Shown: positions 10,116 through 20,264, counted from the first letter of the stretch. The stretch: 64,000 nt of DNA from Minisyncoccota bacterium (GCA_965222235.1 OZ244939.1:94041-158040); one strand, 5' to 3'. The notes: a model not told the origin generated them from the sequence alone. Translations and numbers: made by a program.

Positions 10116-12043
10116 TCATAAATTGGCAGAAAAAATCGCTAATTCAATAAAGAACCTTGATAGTGACGATAGTCTGGCCATTGGTATTGAAAGTAAGTGG
10201 GGTTCTGGAAAAACATCCTTCGTGAATCTGACACTTGAGAGCTTAAAGGAATCGGATCTTTTAATTATAAAGTTTAATCCTTGGAATTTTTCAGATCAAA
10301 ATGAACTCATCAAAGATTTTTTTAACTCAATTGCAAGAGAGCTGAGTCAGTGTGATGAGGATATAAAAAACAAAAATACTAATAAGTATACCGCAAACCC
10401 CGTTGATTTGATAAGAAGATATTATGTCAAATTACTAAAACGATCAGAAATAACAGTAACGGGATTTAGTTTTTTGTGGTTTAATTTTAGTTTTGGTAAA
10501 AAATCTGAATTTCATGATAGTACTCCATTAGAGAAACAGAAAGAGGAGATTAACGGGACTCTAAAAAACGCAGGGAAACGAATAGTGATTGTTATTGATG
10601 ACATTGACAGATTAGATAAAGAAGAAACGAAGACTGTTTTTAAATTGGTAAAAAATACTGCAAGGTTTAGTAATATAACCTTTCTTCTGACTTATGATAG
10701 AAGAAGAGTGTGTAAGCAAGTGAGTGATGAAGAAGTTGATGGGGAGGAGTACTTGAAGAAAATTATACAAATGAGATTTCCTTTGCCAAAGCCGGAGAAA
10801 CAATACCTGTTCAATATTCTTTTTGCAAGAATTGATTCTGTTATAGATGTGGACAAAAATGATATAGTGCGGTTGCAGCGTCTTTTTCATTCCGGTTTCA
10901 AAAATCTTTTCCCCACCGTTCGTGATATAAAGAGATATATAAACAGCATAAGACTTGATTTGGCGGCGATAGGGAGAGAAGAGATAAATCCTGTTGATTT
11001 TTTGGGTGTTGGAGCCATCAGAGTATTCGCCCCTGCCATCTATCAATCCATGGTTGATGAAAAAGATGCTTTTATCGGCCTTGATAGTGGTTTTATAAAT
11101 GATCCTAACCGAAGTGAAGAGCGGGAAAAGAGAAAAAATATCTGTGAAAACATAATAGCGGAAAAATCTCCCGAAGGATTATCTGATATTGTCAAAACAA
11201 TAATTCATGAACTTTTTCCTCAATGCAGATCTCTTTACTCCAACACACATTATGGTCCTGATTGGGAGTCAGAATGGAGAAAGGAGTTGAGAGTTTGTTC
11301 CAAACATTTTTTTGATAGATATTTCTCACTTTCTGTCCCTTCAACATCTGTCTCAGAAAATACCATAAATGATCTTTTAAGGAATATCAACAGTAGGGGG
11401 AAGATTCACTAAAAAATTGAAAGAGTTTGAAGAGGACAAGATGTACTCTGTATTTGATCGCCTTTCTGATCACACAGATAGTTTAGACGATCAGGAGCTT
11501 CAAAATTTAATTTTGGGAATATTTGATGCTGCCGATCATGTGGAAGATTTGGGAGAAATAAGATTTGATTTTCAGAATATTGATACAAAAGCAATGCTGA
11601 TTGCCCATGAAACCTTGAAAAAGGTTCAGAAAGAAAAAAGATTTGATTTGATTTCCAAAATCCTTAATGTACAAGAAATATATTTTTCTTGCGCATTATT
11701 AATATTTCACTTGAACAAGGAGTTTGAGGATTCTAAGGGAAGAAATTCAGGAGAATCTCCAACATTAACAGGGGATGAGGTTAATAATCTGAAAAGCGTT
11801 TTTATTAAAAAAATAAAAGAGCAGGCAAAAAATGGTTCGTTGGCTAACAGCAAAAATCTTCCATATTTCCTTTACAGATGGAAAGAATGGGGTTTAGAGA
11901 AAGAGGTAAGAAAGTATGTAAAAGAATTATCACAAACAGATGAAGGGTTGTTGATTCTGCTTGAGAAGTTTGAGTCAGTTTCAACTGAAACAAGCAATGA
12001 GGGGACAAAAACGATCAAGAGAGTCGACAAAGAGTCAATCGGA
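10116..12043 (+). pseudogene. Inverted body of a KAP-family P-loop NTPase, with an extra-base frameshift near 11396-11402
   Basis: SKWGSGKTS, KFNPWNFS, IVIVIDDIDRL, YLKKIIQ, VRDIKRYINS, FDRYFSL; ORF-track pieces 10078-11412 and 11417-12163 differ by +1 frame. Confidence 0.88.
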
Positions 12044-12102
12044 CGACCTAATAGATCCTCTTTCTTTGTTTCTATTGGATTGTCTGAAATCATAATTTCC
12101 AT
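12044..12102 (-). pseudogene. Detached N-terminus of the KAP NTPase (outside the inversion)
   Basis: MEIMISDNPIETKKEDLLGR is the typical KAP N-terminal D-x-PI...EDLLGR motif; joins in frame to HKLAEKIA at 10117. Confidence 0.85.
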
Positions 12103-12441
12103 GATACTAGATTATCCTTATCAAGGCACAACATTCCCACCTTTGTTCTTTTTGCTCCGCTAATGCTCCGCAAAAAGTCTAAAGGTGGGAAAACGAAGCG
12201 AAACAGACACACCGAGCCAAAAAGTGAAAAAATAAAATGGTGGTGCGTAAGCACGCCCGTCTTATTTTTGAACGAGCGAGGTGTTGTCTGTGAAGCGAAG
12301 TGGTACTCGTTATACTACTGAGCGCGTCTCGCGCCTTTCTGAGCGCACGGAGGATTGACACGCAACAGGGTGGAGTGCGGATCCGGAGTAAGCAGAGCGA
12401 TAGGGCGCTGTGGTGTTTGGAGCGTACGAGGTATCTTCATG

Positions 12442-12515
12442 TGCTGAGGGTGGGACTCGAACCCACGACCCTTCGCTCTTCAGGCGAATGCTCTAGCCAA
12501 CTGAGCTACCTCAGC
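12442..12515 (-). tRNA. tRNA-Phe (GAA)
   Basis: GCTGAGG/CCTCAGC acceptor stem, TTCGC-CTGAAGA-GCGAA anticodon arm, GGTTCGAGTCC. Confidence 0.96.
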
Positions 12516-12544
12516 GATATCGGGCAGTATACACTATTCCGCAT

Positions 12545-12829
12545 TCAGTTAATAGTCTCTTTTAACTTATCAAACGCATCAATCGTGTTTTTGACTTCTG
12601 ATATAAGTATCGTTGTTTTGTCCCTAATTTCAATTACCGTCTCTTTGTATTCTGTATACAGATAGTATCCGAATCCGGAAACGAACAGAGTTACACACAG
12701 AAATACGAATGTTTTCATATGACGCATGGCTCTCTCGGAGCGGAGCATGCGGTTATTCTCTTTCGTGAGACGCGTCAGCTTATCAACTTTCCTTTCCAGG
12801 CGGTCAATGTCGTTATTATTCTCTTCCAT
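12545..12829 (-). CDS. Small single-pass membrane protein with coiled coil
   Basis: LTRLTKENNRMLR then TM helix; TATACT 6 nt before ATG. Confidence 0.7.
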   Translation of the reverse strand: MEENNNDIDRLERKVDKLTRLTKENNRMLRSERAMRHMKTFVFLCVTLFVSGFGYYLYTEYKETVIEIRDKTTILISEVKNTIDAFDKLKETIN

Positions 12830-12853
12830 GTGCATAGTATACCTGTCTCAGGG

Positions 12854-12926
12854 CCTCCCCGTCAGGATTTGAACCTGAATCTGATCCTTAGGAGGGACCC
12901 GTTCTATCCTATTGAACTACGGGGAG
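12854..12926 (-). tRNA. tRNA-Arg (CCT)
   Basis: CTCCCCG/CGGGGAG acceptor stem, GGTCC-CTCCTAA-GGATC anticodon arm. Confidence 0.95.
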
Positions 12927-12932
12927 AGGCGG

Positions 12933-13178
12933 TTATTCAGTTATACCGAGCGCCTCCATCACCTTCTGCTTATCAAAGCCGACAATCATTTCAGTATTAT
13001 CTATGAACATAACCGGCACACCGAGCTGCTGGCTTCGTTCGGTCAACTCCTTCCTCTTTTCTTCATCAGCAGTAACATCGTACTCGGTGTATGCGATTGA
13101 CCGCTCGTCCAGAAAGTTTTTCAGATCCTTGCAGAAATGACAGCCTGGGGATGTGTATATTTCTATTTTTTTATCCAT
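12933..13178 (-). CDS. Glutaredoxin (NrdH-like)
   Basis: IYTSPGCHFC, GVP, IVGFD. Confidence 0.92.
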   Translation of the reverse strand: MDKKIEIYTSPGCHFCKDLKNFLDERSIAYTEYDVTADEEKRKELTERSQQLGVPVMFIDNTEMIVGFDKQKVMEALGITE

Positions 13179-13230
13179 GTCTCTTTGTTGTATTTTTTAA
13201 TACACCTGTACTATACCACACCGAACAGGG

Positions 13231-13563
13231 TCACTGTTCAATCACTTTGAAGTCCTCATTTTCGGTGTACACCTTGTTTTTTACTCCCGGCGCATGCGAT
13301 CCGACTATCGCAATGCTGTGTATGGGTACGGTTTCGGATGCTTCGCCGGCAATATTTCCGGCGTATTGTTTCCGCAGATTTATCTCTTCCAGCTTCCGTT
13401 TCCACTCCTTTTGATTCTCAAATACCCGCCACGTATTATGCAGATGTTCCCCGCTTATCTTCCATGCGTAGATGGAGGTACTGAGATTAAACACACTGAA
13501 CACCAAAAAGAAAACGACGAAGATGCTGATTATCCATATGCCTTTTATATTCTTTCTGTGCAT
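13231..13563 (-). CDS. Hypothetical membrane-anchored protein (possibly FtsB/septum-initiator-like)
   Basis: N-terminal TM, short coiled coil; family assignment weak. Confidence 0.5.
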   Translation of the reverse strand: MHRKNIKGIWIISIFVVFFLVFSVFNLSTSIYAWKISGEHLHNTWRVFENQKEWKRKLEEINLRKQYAGNIAGEASETVPIHSIAIVGSHAPGVKNKVYTENEDFKVIEQ

Positions 13564-13590
13564 ACACCCTATGGTATAGTATATACCTAT

Positions 13591-13692
13591 ATGAGAAACC
13601 TTCGTGATGTTTTCAAAAAAACCGTCGTGTGGGGTATTGTTTCTCTGGTCATCATTGCCTTCGTGGTGACATCAATGCCGGGAATTATATAG
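13591..13692 (+). CDS. 33-aa single-TM peptide
   Basis: MRNLRDVFKKTVVWGIVSLVIIAFVVTSMPGII; TGGTATAGT shortly upstream. Confidence 0.6.
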   Translation: MRNLRDVFKKTVVWGIVSLVIIAFVVTSMPGII

Positions 13693-13704
13693 ACAATGCG
13701 CCGG

Positions 13705-15495
13705 CTACCCCGATCTCTTCTGAATGACCTTTAGGAATGTGTCATGCGGAACAGTGACCTTACCGACGGCGCCCATTTTCTGTTTCCCCTTCTTCTGCTT
13801 CTCCCGCAGCTTCATTTTTCTGGTAATATCACCGCCGTAGAGTTTTGCAGTAACATCTTTTCTCAGCGCCGGCAGCGTTTTTGAGGCGATAATCTTGCCG
13901 TCTATTTTCGCCTGTATCTTCACCGTGAACAGTGTTCTTGGCACGGTCTCGTGGAGAATGCCGACAAATTCACGCGCTTCCCGTTCGGCATGTGTTCGGG
14001 AAACAATACTGGAAAACGCGGGGAACAGTTCCTCGGCGAGCAGAATATCCAGGCGGGCGACGTCGGACGGACGGTTTTCAATTCTTCTGTACGACAGCGA
14101 CGCATAGCCGGAACTGATGCTTTTCAGCCGATCAAAAAAACGGCGCATGAGTTCCCGGAGCGGCATCTCGCCCTCCATAACACAGCGGTTATTGTTAAAG
14201 TCCCGCACACTGTTGATGTATCCTTCGTATTCGGAAAATAGGCGCGATACCGCGGATACATACTCCCCGGGCATGATAATTGACACGACAACCCACGGCT
14301 CTGTCACTGATTGAATGTCATTACGATCAGGAAATTTTGCCGCCGTGGTCACCGTGCGGACCTCCCCTTTTCTGTCCGTTATGATATAGTCGGTGCTCGG
14401 CGAGGTAATGATGAGATCCACATGCGCCTCCCTGCGAATCCGTTCGGTGATAATTTCAAGATGCAGCATACCCAAAAATCCGCAGCGGAATCCCTTGCCG
14501 AGCGCGGTTGACTGTTCTTCTTCGTAGGTGAACGCGGCGTCAGACAGGCGCATCTGTTTCAGTGTATGAAGCAGCGCGGTGTGGTTATCGGCCGACTGCG
14601 GATACAGCGACGCCCAGACAACCGGCTTCATCTCCCGGTATCCGGGAAATGACGCAACGGCTGCATGTACATGGGCTATGGTATCACCGACTACGGCAAT
14701 CCCCGGTTCCTTGATGCCGGTCGTGAAATAGCCGATCATTCCTCCGTGCAGTTCGCCGGTCGGGGTGATGTCCGGCTTGAATATGCCGATGCTCTTGAGA
14801 ATAAATGGCGCCCGCACCTCACGCATCACGAGGCGATCACCCTCTTTGAATGAACCGCTGAATATCCGTGCATATGCGTTTATCCCCGTGTGGGTGGTAT
14901 AGGAGAAGTCAAAGACCAGCGCCCGGGCTTCTGTTCCCTCTTCCGGCTGCGGGGGCCTGATACCGTCCACCACCGCATTAAGCAGATCATGCACCCCCTC
15001 GCCTGTTTTTCCCGACACCAGATGTATATCCTCCTTAGCACACCCAAGCAGATCCGTCACCTCCCTGGAAATGTCGCCGACGCGCGCGTGATCCATATCT
15101 ATTTTTGAGAGCACGGGTATAACGGTGAGGTCAAGGTCCCGTGCCATATCCAGCACCGCCACGGTCTGCGCCTGCACGCCCTGGGTCGCGTCAACGAGCA
15201 GAATGACCCCCTCCACCGCCCGCAGCGAACGGGACACTTCGTATGAAAAATCAATATGACCGGGTGTGTCTATGATATTGAGGGTATATGCCGTACCGTC
15301 CTTTGTATGCGTGACGGACACCGGCTGCATCTTTATCGTAATTCCCCGCTCGCGTTCCAGCTCCATTCGGTCAAGCACCTGCTCTTTCATCTGCCGCTTG
15401 TCTATCGTCCCGGTGTATTCAAGTATTCTGTCGGCAAGTGTTGATTTTCCGTGGTCAACATGGGCGATGATTGAGATATTCCGTATAGTGTTCAT
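13705..15495 (-). CDS. lepA: Elongation factor 4
   Basis: IAHVDHGKSTLADR, DTPGH, GFRCGFLGMLHLEI, RKDVTAKLYGGDITRK. Confidence 0.98.
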   Translation of the reverse strand: MNTIRNISIIAHVDHGKSTLADRILEYTGTIDKRQMKEQVLDRMELERERGITIKMQPVSVTHTKDGTAYTLNIIDTPGHIDFSYEVSRSLRAVEGVILLVDATQGVQAQTVAVLDMARDLDLTVIPVLSKIDMDHARVGDISREVTDLLGCAKEDIHLVSGKTGEGVHDLLNAVVDGIRPPQPEEGTEARALVFDFSYTTHTGINAYARIFSGSFKEGDRLVMREVRAPFILKSIGIFKPDITPTGELHGGMIGYFTTGIKEPGIAVVGDTIAHVHAAVASFPGYREMKPVVWASLYPQSADNHTALLHTLKQMRLSDAAFTYEEEQSTALGKGFRCGFLGMLHLEIITERIRREAHVDLIITSPSTDYIITDRKGEVRTVTTAAKFPDRNDIQSVTEPWVVVSIIMPGEYVSAVSRLFSEYEGYINSVRDFNNNRCVMEGEMPLRELMRRFFDRLKSISSGYASLSYRRIENRPSDVARLDILLAEELFPAFSSIVSRTHAEREAREFVGILHETVPRTLFTVKIQAKIDGKIIASKTLPALRKDVTAKLYGGDITRKMKLREKQKKGKQKMGAVGKVTVPHDTFLKVIQKRSG

Positions 15496-15534
15496 GTATG
15501 TCATCATACCGCACCCCGCGGTTCCCGGATATCC

Positions 15535-15906
15535 CTACCACACCCTGAGCAGCATGCCGAGTATCTCAACGATGCCGTATAAGAAGATGATATAGAAGGC
15601 GGTGCCGACAATGAACGCCAGGGCGATGATATTGATAATCTCATTCTTCCGTTTCTTCGCATCATCCAGCGTGCAGATGTTCTTTTTCCTTCTGAGATAC
15701 GAGATGATAAAGACAAGCAGAGCGATCGCGCCGGCACCGCGAAACAGCCACTTGTACTCGCCGTAAAGCACATCGGCAATCTCACCGGCAACGCTGACCG
15801 ACACAACGCCAAGTGACAAAAGGATAATCGGGGACAGGCAGCAGAGCGACGCGATAATAGCGGGCACTGTGCCCAGTTTCACAATGTCCCGTATATCCCG
15901 CTTCAT
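15535..15906 (-). CDS. MerT/MerF-like membrane protein
   Basis: ASLCCLSPIILLSLG Cys pair in the first of three TM helices. Confidence 0.65.
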   Translation of the reverse strand: MKRDIRDIVKLGTVPAIIASLCCLSPIILLSLGVVSVSVAGEIADVLYGEYKWLFRGAGAIALLVFIISYLRRKKNICTLDDAKKRKNEIINIIALAFIVGTAFYIIFLYGIVEILGMLLRVW

Positions 15907-15927
15907 ATCGTATCAGTATACCCCGCC

Positions 15928-16242
15928 TTATACCGTGTTAATCCGTACCCTGCAGAACGGCTGCCGGTGTCCGTAGTGGCGCCGGTAGTTTGATTTTGAC
16001 CGGAACCGGATGACCGGAATCTTTTTTTTCCTGCCGACTTTTTCAATAACACCGCTCACCTTCTTCCCTTTGATGTACGGCGCGCCGATATCCGTCTTAG
16101 TGCCGTCATCAAATAAAAGCACCCTGTCAAAATCAACGGAGCCCCCCTCTTTACAGGAATCCATAATTTCAATATCAATAACCGTGTTTGTGCTGACGCA
16201 GTACTGCTTTCCGCCCGTCTCTATGACTGCAAAATTACTCAT
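15928..16242 (-). CDS. rplU: 50S ribosomal protein L21
   Basis: FAVIETGGKQY, GHRQPF. Confidence 0.97.
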   Translation of the reverse strand: MSNFAVIETGGKQYCVSTNTVIDIEIMDSCKEGGSVDFDRVLLFDDGTKTDIGAPYIKGKKVSGVIEKVGRKKKIPVIRFRSKSNYRRHYGHRQPFCRVRINTV

Positions 16243-16273
16243 GTCTCTATGGTACTACGACCATGTTCCTTTT

Positions 16274-17524
16274 TCAAGACCCCCAGTGTTTTTCCTGCCG
16301 GACGAGCAGGCGGGCATCCCCGGGCTGCGCGAGCAGCTGTTTTACCACCCGCTCAATATGCGCAACCTGTGATCCTTTGCAGAGAAACACCGTATCCGCA
16401 TCGGCAATGTCCCTGCTCGCCGCCGCCGCCTCATGTGCGGATGCGCAGTGCGCCATATTCGGTCCGTCTCCGTAGCCGGCAGTACCGACTTCAATAACGG
16501 TATCGGCGATATCCCGCGCCCGCACTCCGACATCCCGGTGCAGATCGGATGAGTGTTTCCCGATTTGTGCCATTACACCGAGCACCGCCACCTTCTTCGG
16601 CATATTCAGTTGTTTCAGTGTATGCAGCGCCTCTTCCATGGCGACAGGAGAAGCGTTATAACTGTCGTCAAGGATGACGCTGCCGTTAAGGCCTCTGAGG
16701 ATGCGCATTCTTCCGGGTGTCGGCGGCCGTGAAGCGATCCCCTTGCGCATGTCCGAAACGGCTATGCCGGGAAGTACACAGCGTGCGGCCGCAACGGCCG
16801 CCGCCATGGACTGCACCACGCCGGTGCCGAGCACCTCGGGGATGTAGAACGGTTCGCGGACTCCGTCAAGCACAAGCACCGCATCGGTGCCCGTCGGACG
16901 ATTGGTGTCATAGTGAATGCCTGTTTCAGCAACGGATACTGTGTTGCCGTTGAAATCTGTCAGTTTAATATTCTTCGGCAGATCGTTACAGTATCTTTTC
17001 TGCACCGCATCCTCTGCGTTGTACACCGCGCATCCGCCCGGTTTTGTCGCCCGCAGAACGGACATCTTTTCCCGGTATATTTCGTCTTTGTTTGAAAAAT
17101 GTTCCAGATGGACCGGATGTTCCGGCAATCGTGTCATCACGCTCACATCGGGCTTCAGCCATGCGGTGATGGTGGCTATATCTCCCGGATATTCAAGTCC
17201 GACCTCAAGTACAATATATTTCGGCAGGCCGATGACTGTTTTAACCATGGCGGCACCCATGATATATATCCATGTGAACGGATTATGCATGCCGGTCGGC
17301 AGATCAAATATACTCAGCGGCACACCGATGTCGCTGTTATAGCTCTTGCGGCTGGCACGCACCGGCACCCCCGTCTCGCGAAGCATCGCCGCCAGCATAT
17401 CCTTGGTTGTCGTCTTTCCCACGCTCCCGGTGACGGCTATGACGGTCGGTCGGTGCAGCGTAATTGCCGCGCGCGCCAGTGCGGTAAGTGCGGCTATGAC
17501 GATTCGCCTGAGTACCTTTTTCAT
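16274..17524 (-). CDS. murF: UDP-MurNAc-tripeptide:D-Ala-D-Ala ligase
   Basis: AVTGSVGKTTTKD, SYNSDIGVPL, DDSYNASP, KGSQ. Confidence 0.92.
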   Translation of the reverse strand: MKKVLRRIVIAALTALARAAITLHRPTVIAVTGSVGKTTTKDMLAAMLRETGVPVRASRKSYNSDIGVPLSIFDLPTGMHNPFTWIYIMGAAMVKTVIGLPKYIVLEVGLEYPGDIATITAWLKPDVSVMTRLPEHPVHLEHFSNKDEIYREKMSVLRATKPGGCAVYNAEDAVQKRYCNDLPKNIKLTDFNGNTVSVAETGIHYDTNRPTGTDAVLVLDGVREPFYIPEVLGTGVVQSMAAAVAAARCVLPGIAVSDMRKGIASRPPTPGRMRILRGLNGSVILDDSYNASPVAMEEALHTLKQLNMPKKVAVLGVMAQIGKHSSDLHRDVGVRARDIADTVIEVGTAGYGDGPNMAHCASAHEAAAASRDIADADTVFLCKGSQVAHIERVVKQLLAQPGDARLLVRQEKHWGS

Positions 17525-17548
17525 ATATGCCCAGTGTATAGTATGCGG

Positions 17549-17621
17549 AGCCACCTGTCGGATTTGAACCGACGACCTACGCATTACAAGTGCGTTGCTC
17601 TACCAACTGAGCTAAGGTGGC
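17549..17621 (-). tRNA. tRNA-Thr (TGT)
   Basis: GCCACCT/AGGTGGC acceptor stem, ACGCA-CTTGTAA-TGCGT anticodon arm. Confidence 0.96.
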
Positions 17622-17641
17622 ACACCACAATATTACCACAC

Positions 17642-18094
17642 CTACACTAACAGTTCACCGACAATTTTCGCTACTTTTGAGCCGTCCGCCTGTCCCTGCA
17701 GTTTGGACATAACACCCTTCATCAGCAGTCCCTGATTCTTTTTCTCCGATACGCCGAGTTCCTGTTTCGTTTCCTCAACAATGCGCCGGATGTCTTCTTC
17801 GGCCGTCTCCGGCGGGAGATATGTTTCAAGCACCGCACGTTCGGCTTCCTCGGCGGCGGCCTGTTTCTCCTGACCGGCGACGCGGTACTGTTCGGCCGCC
17901 TCGTTCCGCTGCTTCACCTGGCGTTTGAGCACCGCGATGACCTCGGTGTCATCTAATGCCTCCGTCGGTTTCATTTTTTTCTCAACCAGTGCATTTGTGC
18001 AGGCGGCGACCGCCAGCCGCAGCGTCTGCAGACGGACTGCATCCCGGGCCCTCATCGCTTCCCGCATGTCCGATTTCAGTGTGTCGTACAGCAT
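17642..18094 (-). CDS. GatB/YqeY domain protein
   Basis: LKSDMREAMRARD, KQRNEAAEQY, YLP, GQADG. Confidence 0.93.
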   Translation of the reverse strand: MLYDTLKSDMREAMRARDAVRLQTLRLAVAACTNALVEKKMKPTEALDDTEVIAVLKRQVKQRNEAAEQYRVAGQEKQAAAEEAERAVLETYLPPETAEEDIRRIVEETKQELGVSEKKNQGLLMKGVMSKLQGQADGSKVAKIVGELLV

Positions 18095-18117
18095 ATATAC
18101 GGAGTATACCAGAGAAA

Positions 18118-19137
18118 TTACCCCCCCTCTTCGGTGTGCGGCCTGTCAATCGGTTCCTTGACATATGCGCCCCCTTCTCCCGTGATCTTGTACACATCCT
18201 TGTCAATCAGCGCGTACTGCTGCTCCGCCCTGTTGTAATGGTTCACGGCGGTGCCGAGTGACTTGCCGACACCGTGAAACGCTTTGGTGTATGTCTCAAG
18301 ATGTTTTTTCAGTGACTGCACCTGCGTGATGATTTCTTGCGCATGTTTTTCCACCCTGAACGACCTGAGACCGAGACTGACGGTCTGCAGGTACGCCAGC
18401 AGTGTCGTCGGCGAGACGATGATAACTTTGTGGGCGTTAAAGGCGAACTCAAGCATGTTCTGCCCGTCCCCGCCGATTTTCTGTGTGAGCAGATCGTAGT
18501 ACAGGGCTTCGGACGGTATGAACATAAAGGCATAATCCAGCGTCCCCTCTTCGGGGATGATGTACTTTGCCGTTTCTTTGATGCGCGCCTTGAGATCCTC
18601 CCTCAGCCGCCGCTCAATACTGTCCGGATTGTTCGATTCGCCGCAGAGCAGTTTTGTATAGTTATCAAGAGAGAATTTGGCGTCCATGCTGATAATTTTG
18701 TCGTCCTGCAGGAATATAACCGCGTCCGCCCGGACACCGTTTTTGAATGTGTACTGTGTCGCGTAGCTGTCGGGCGGCAGGACATTGGCGATGACCCGCT
18801 CAAGTATATATTCGCCGACTGCTCCCCGGCGCTGCGGATTCTTCAGCGTCTGTTCCAGCGACTGCAGCTGTTCGGTGAATGAGAGCATTTCCCTGCCCGT
18901 TGACTTTATCTCCGTCAGCTCTCTGGTGAAGGACCGTATTTGTTCCTGCAGTTGTTTCTGCATTGATTCTGTATTCTGATGCAGCCTGGTGTCCAGTGTT
19001 TTCCTCATCTCCTCCAGCCTGGTGTTGACACCTTTCCCGTCACTCTCCGCATCCTCACGCTTTTTCAATGAACGGAGAAACACGGGAGTCACCAGGATAA
19101 TCAGGACGGTGAGCAGCGCGATGATGATACCTTCCAT
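18118..19137 (-). CDS. rmuC: DNA recombination protein RmuC
   Basis: RGAVGE, MDAKF, KYI..EGTLDYAFMFIPSEALY, VSPTTL; start moved to MEGII. Confidence 0.93.
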   Translation of the reverse strand: MEGIIIALLTVLIILVTPVFLRSLKKREDAESDGKGVNTRLEEMRKTLDTRLHQNTESMQKQLQEQIRSFTRELTEIKSTGREMLSFTEQLQSLEQTLKNPQRRGAVGEYILERVIANVLPPDSYATQYTFKNGVRADAVIFLQDDKIISMDAKFSLDNYTKLLCGESNNPDSIERRLREDLKARIKETAKYIIPEEGTLDYAFMFIPSEALYYDLLTQKIGGDGQNMLEFAFNAHKVIIVSPTTLLAYLQTVSLGLRSFRVEKHAQEIITQVQSLKKHLETYTKAFHGVGKSLGTAVNHYNRAEQQYALIDKDVYKITGEGGAYVKEPIDRPHTEEGG

Positions 19138-19224
19138 GTATGCAGTATATCTGAAAATATTACTCCGAACTGCTGTGTCGCTTGTTATATCATTCAGTTG
19201 CCGTGGTATGATACAAAATACGAT

Positions 19225-19378
19225 GCATGATCGCCTTCCACTCGCACTGCTTCCGCTCCTTTCTTTAAATTTGATTAAAAATCCCAAAGCCGCTGTCGGT
19301 CTGTCCATCATTCTCCTGGCACTATATTTCGTGATATATGCAACTCTTATTCCTGATATTGCAGTTTTCTCCGTCTAA
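19225..19378 (+). CDS. Possible small membrane protein (start approximate)
   Basis: MHDRLPLALL...AVGLSIILLALYFVIYATLIP; only hydrophobicity and an upstream TATGAT support it. Confidence 0.35.
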
Positions 19379-19424
19379 CAAGAAAAGTGGATGGGGGTAT
19401 GGAGACAGTGCTTGAATTAAAGCA

Positions 19425-20105
19425 TTACTTTGAAAACAATTCGCACGCTTCGCCCACATCAAACAGGTTTCCTCCGTGTCTGTTTGTTTCCACAAAGTAG
19501 TGTCCTTTCAGGTTTGGTAAATTGAAACACAGTACTTCACTGTGGAACAAGATGCCATCAAATACATCTTTCGGAAGGGAAACAATACTTGTTATCTCCG
19601 GATACTCACCGCGTGCAAACTTCATCCATCTCTTACTTACTTCGGTTTGGTTTAATCTAAATCCGTATGGTGTGAACATAACTATCGGCATGTTTTTACC
19701 GAATAACTCTATTGCTTTTTGTAACCATATTTCTGGCAACAATGGTCTGCCACCATAATTTTCTTTTATACACTGTTTCGTCTTTCCATCTATGTTAAAA
19801 GGTGGATTCATAATTACAAGAGAAACATCTTCCTCAACTTTATCACTCGTTAATTCTAAATAATTTAACACTTTTGTTTCTGGGAAACCTTGATCCTCTA
19901 TGTCAACGCCGACAACATCATACCCGCTCTTCTCCCATGGCAATAGGAGTGATCCTCCGCCAACACAAGGATCAAAAATCACTCCATTTTCTTTTTTTAT
20001 GCTTGGTTCCAAAATGTTAAAGAGAAAATCACTCACCTCTATTGGTGTATAGATAGTCGCCTTCTTTTGGGTAGTGTAGAAGTTGTTTCTGTCCACTCGG
20101 TACAT
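19425..20105 (-). CDS. Orphan gamma-class N6-adenine DNA methyltransferase
   Basis: YTP, IFDPCVGGGSLL, VIMNPPF; AT-rich; downstream of tRNA-Ser. Confidence 0.88.
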   Translation of the reverse strand: MYRVDRNNFYTTQKKATIYTPIEVSDFLFNILEPSIKKENGVIFDPCVGGGSLLLPWEKSGYDVVGVDIEDQGFPETKVLNYLELTSDKVEEDVSLVIMNPPFNIDGKTKQCIKENYGGRPLLPEIWLQKAIELFGKNMPIVMFTPYGFRLNQTEVSKRWMKFARGEYPEITSIVSLPKDVFDGILFHSEVLCFNLPNLKGHYFVETNRHGGNLFDVGEACELFSK

Positions 20106-20150
20106 ACTTGAAGTATACCCCACTTCAAATATTGTTGCTATAATATCGGT

Positions 20151-20264
20151 ATGATTTTTAAGGTACTCGTAATCTTATTGTTGGTGGCAATACTTGCTGC
20201 AATCACTGCTCCAGTATGGTTCTCAGTGTTGCTGCTGTTCTTATTCACCTCAACACCTGTATAG
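20151..20264 (+). CDS. 37-aa hydrophobic peptide (possibly a truncated gene)
   Basis: Manual translation MIFKVLVILLLVAILAAITAPVWFSVLLLFLFTSTPV*; TGCTATAAT 6 nt before ATG. Confidence 0.5.
   Translation: MIFKVLVILLLVAILAAITAPVWFSVLLLFLFTSTPV

Noticed and set aside
10078-12163. Two independent genes as given by the ORF track
   Set aside because: The start of the first ORF and the tail of the second are antisense read-through across the inversion junctions; they are pieces of one KAP gene
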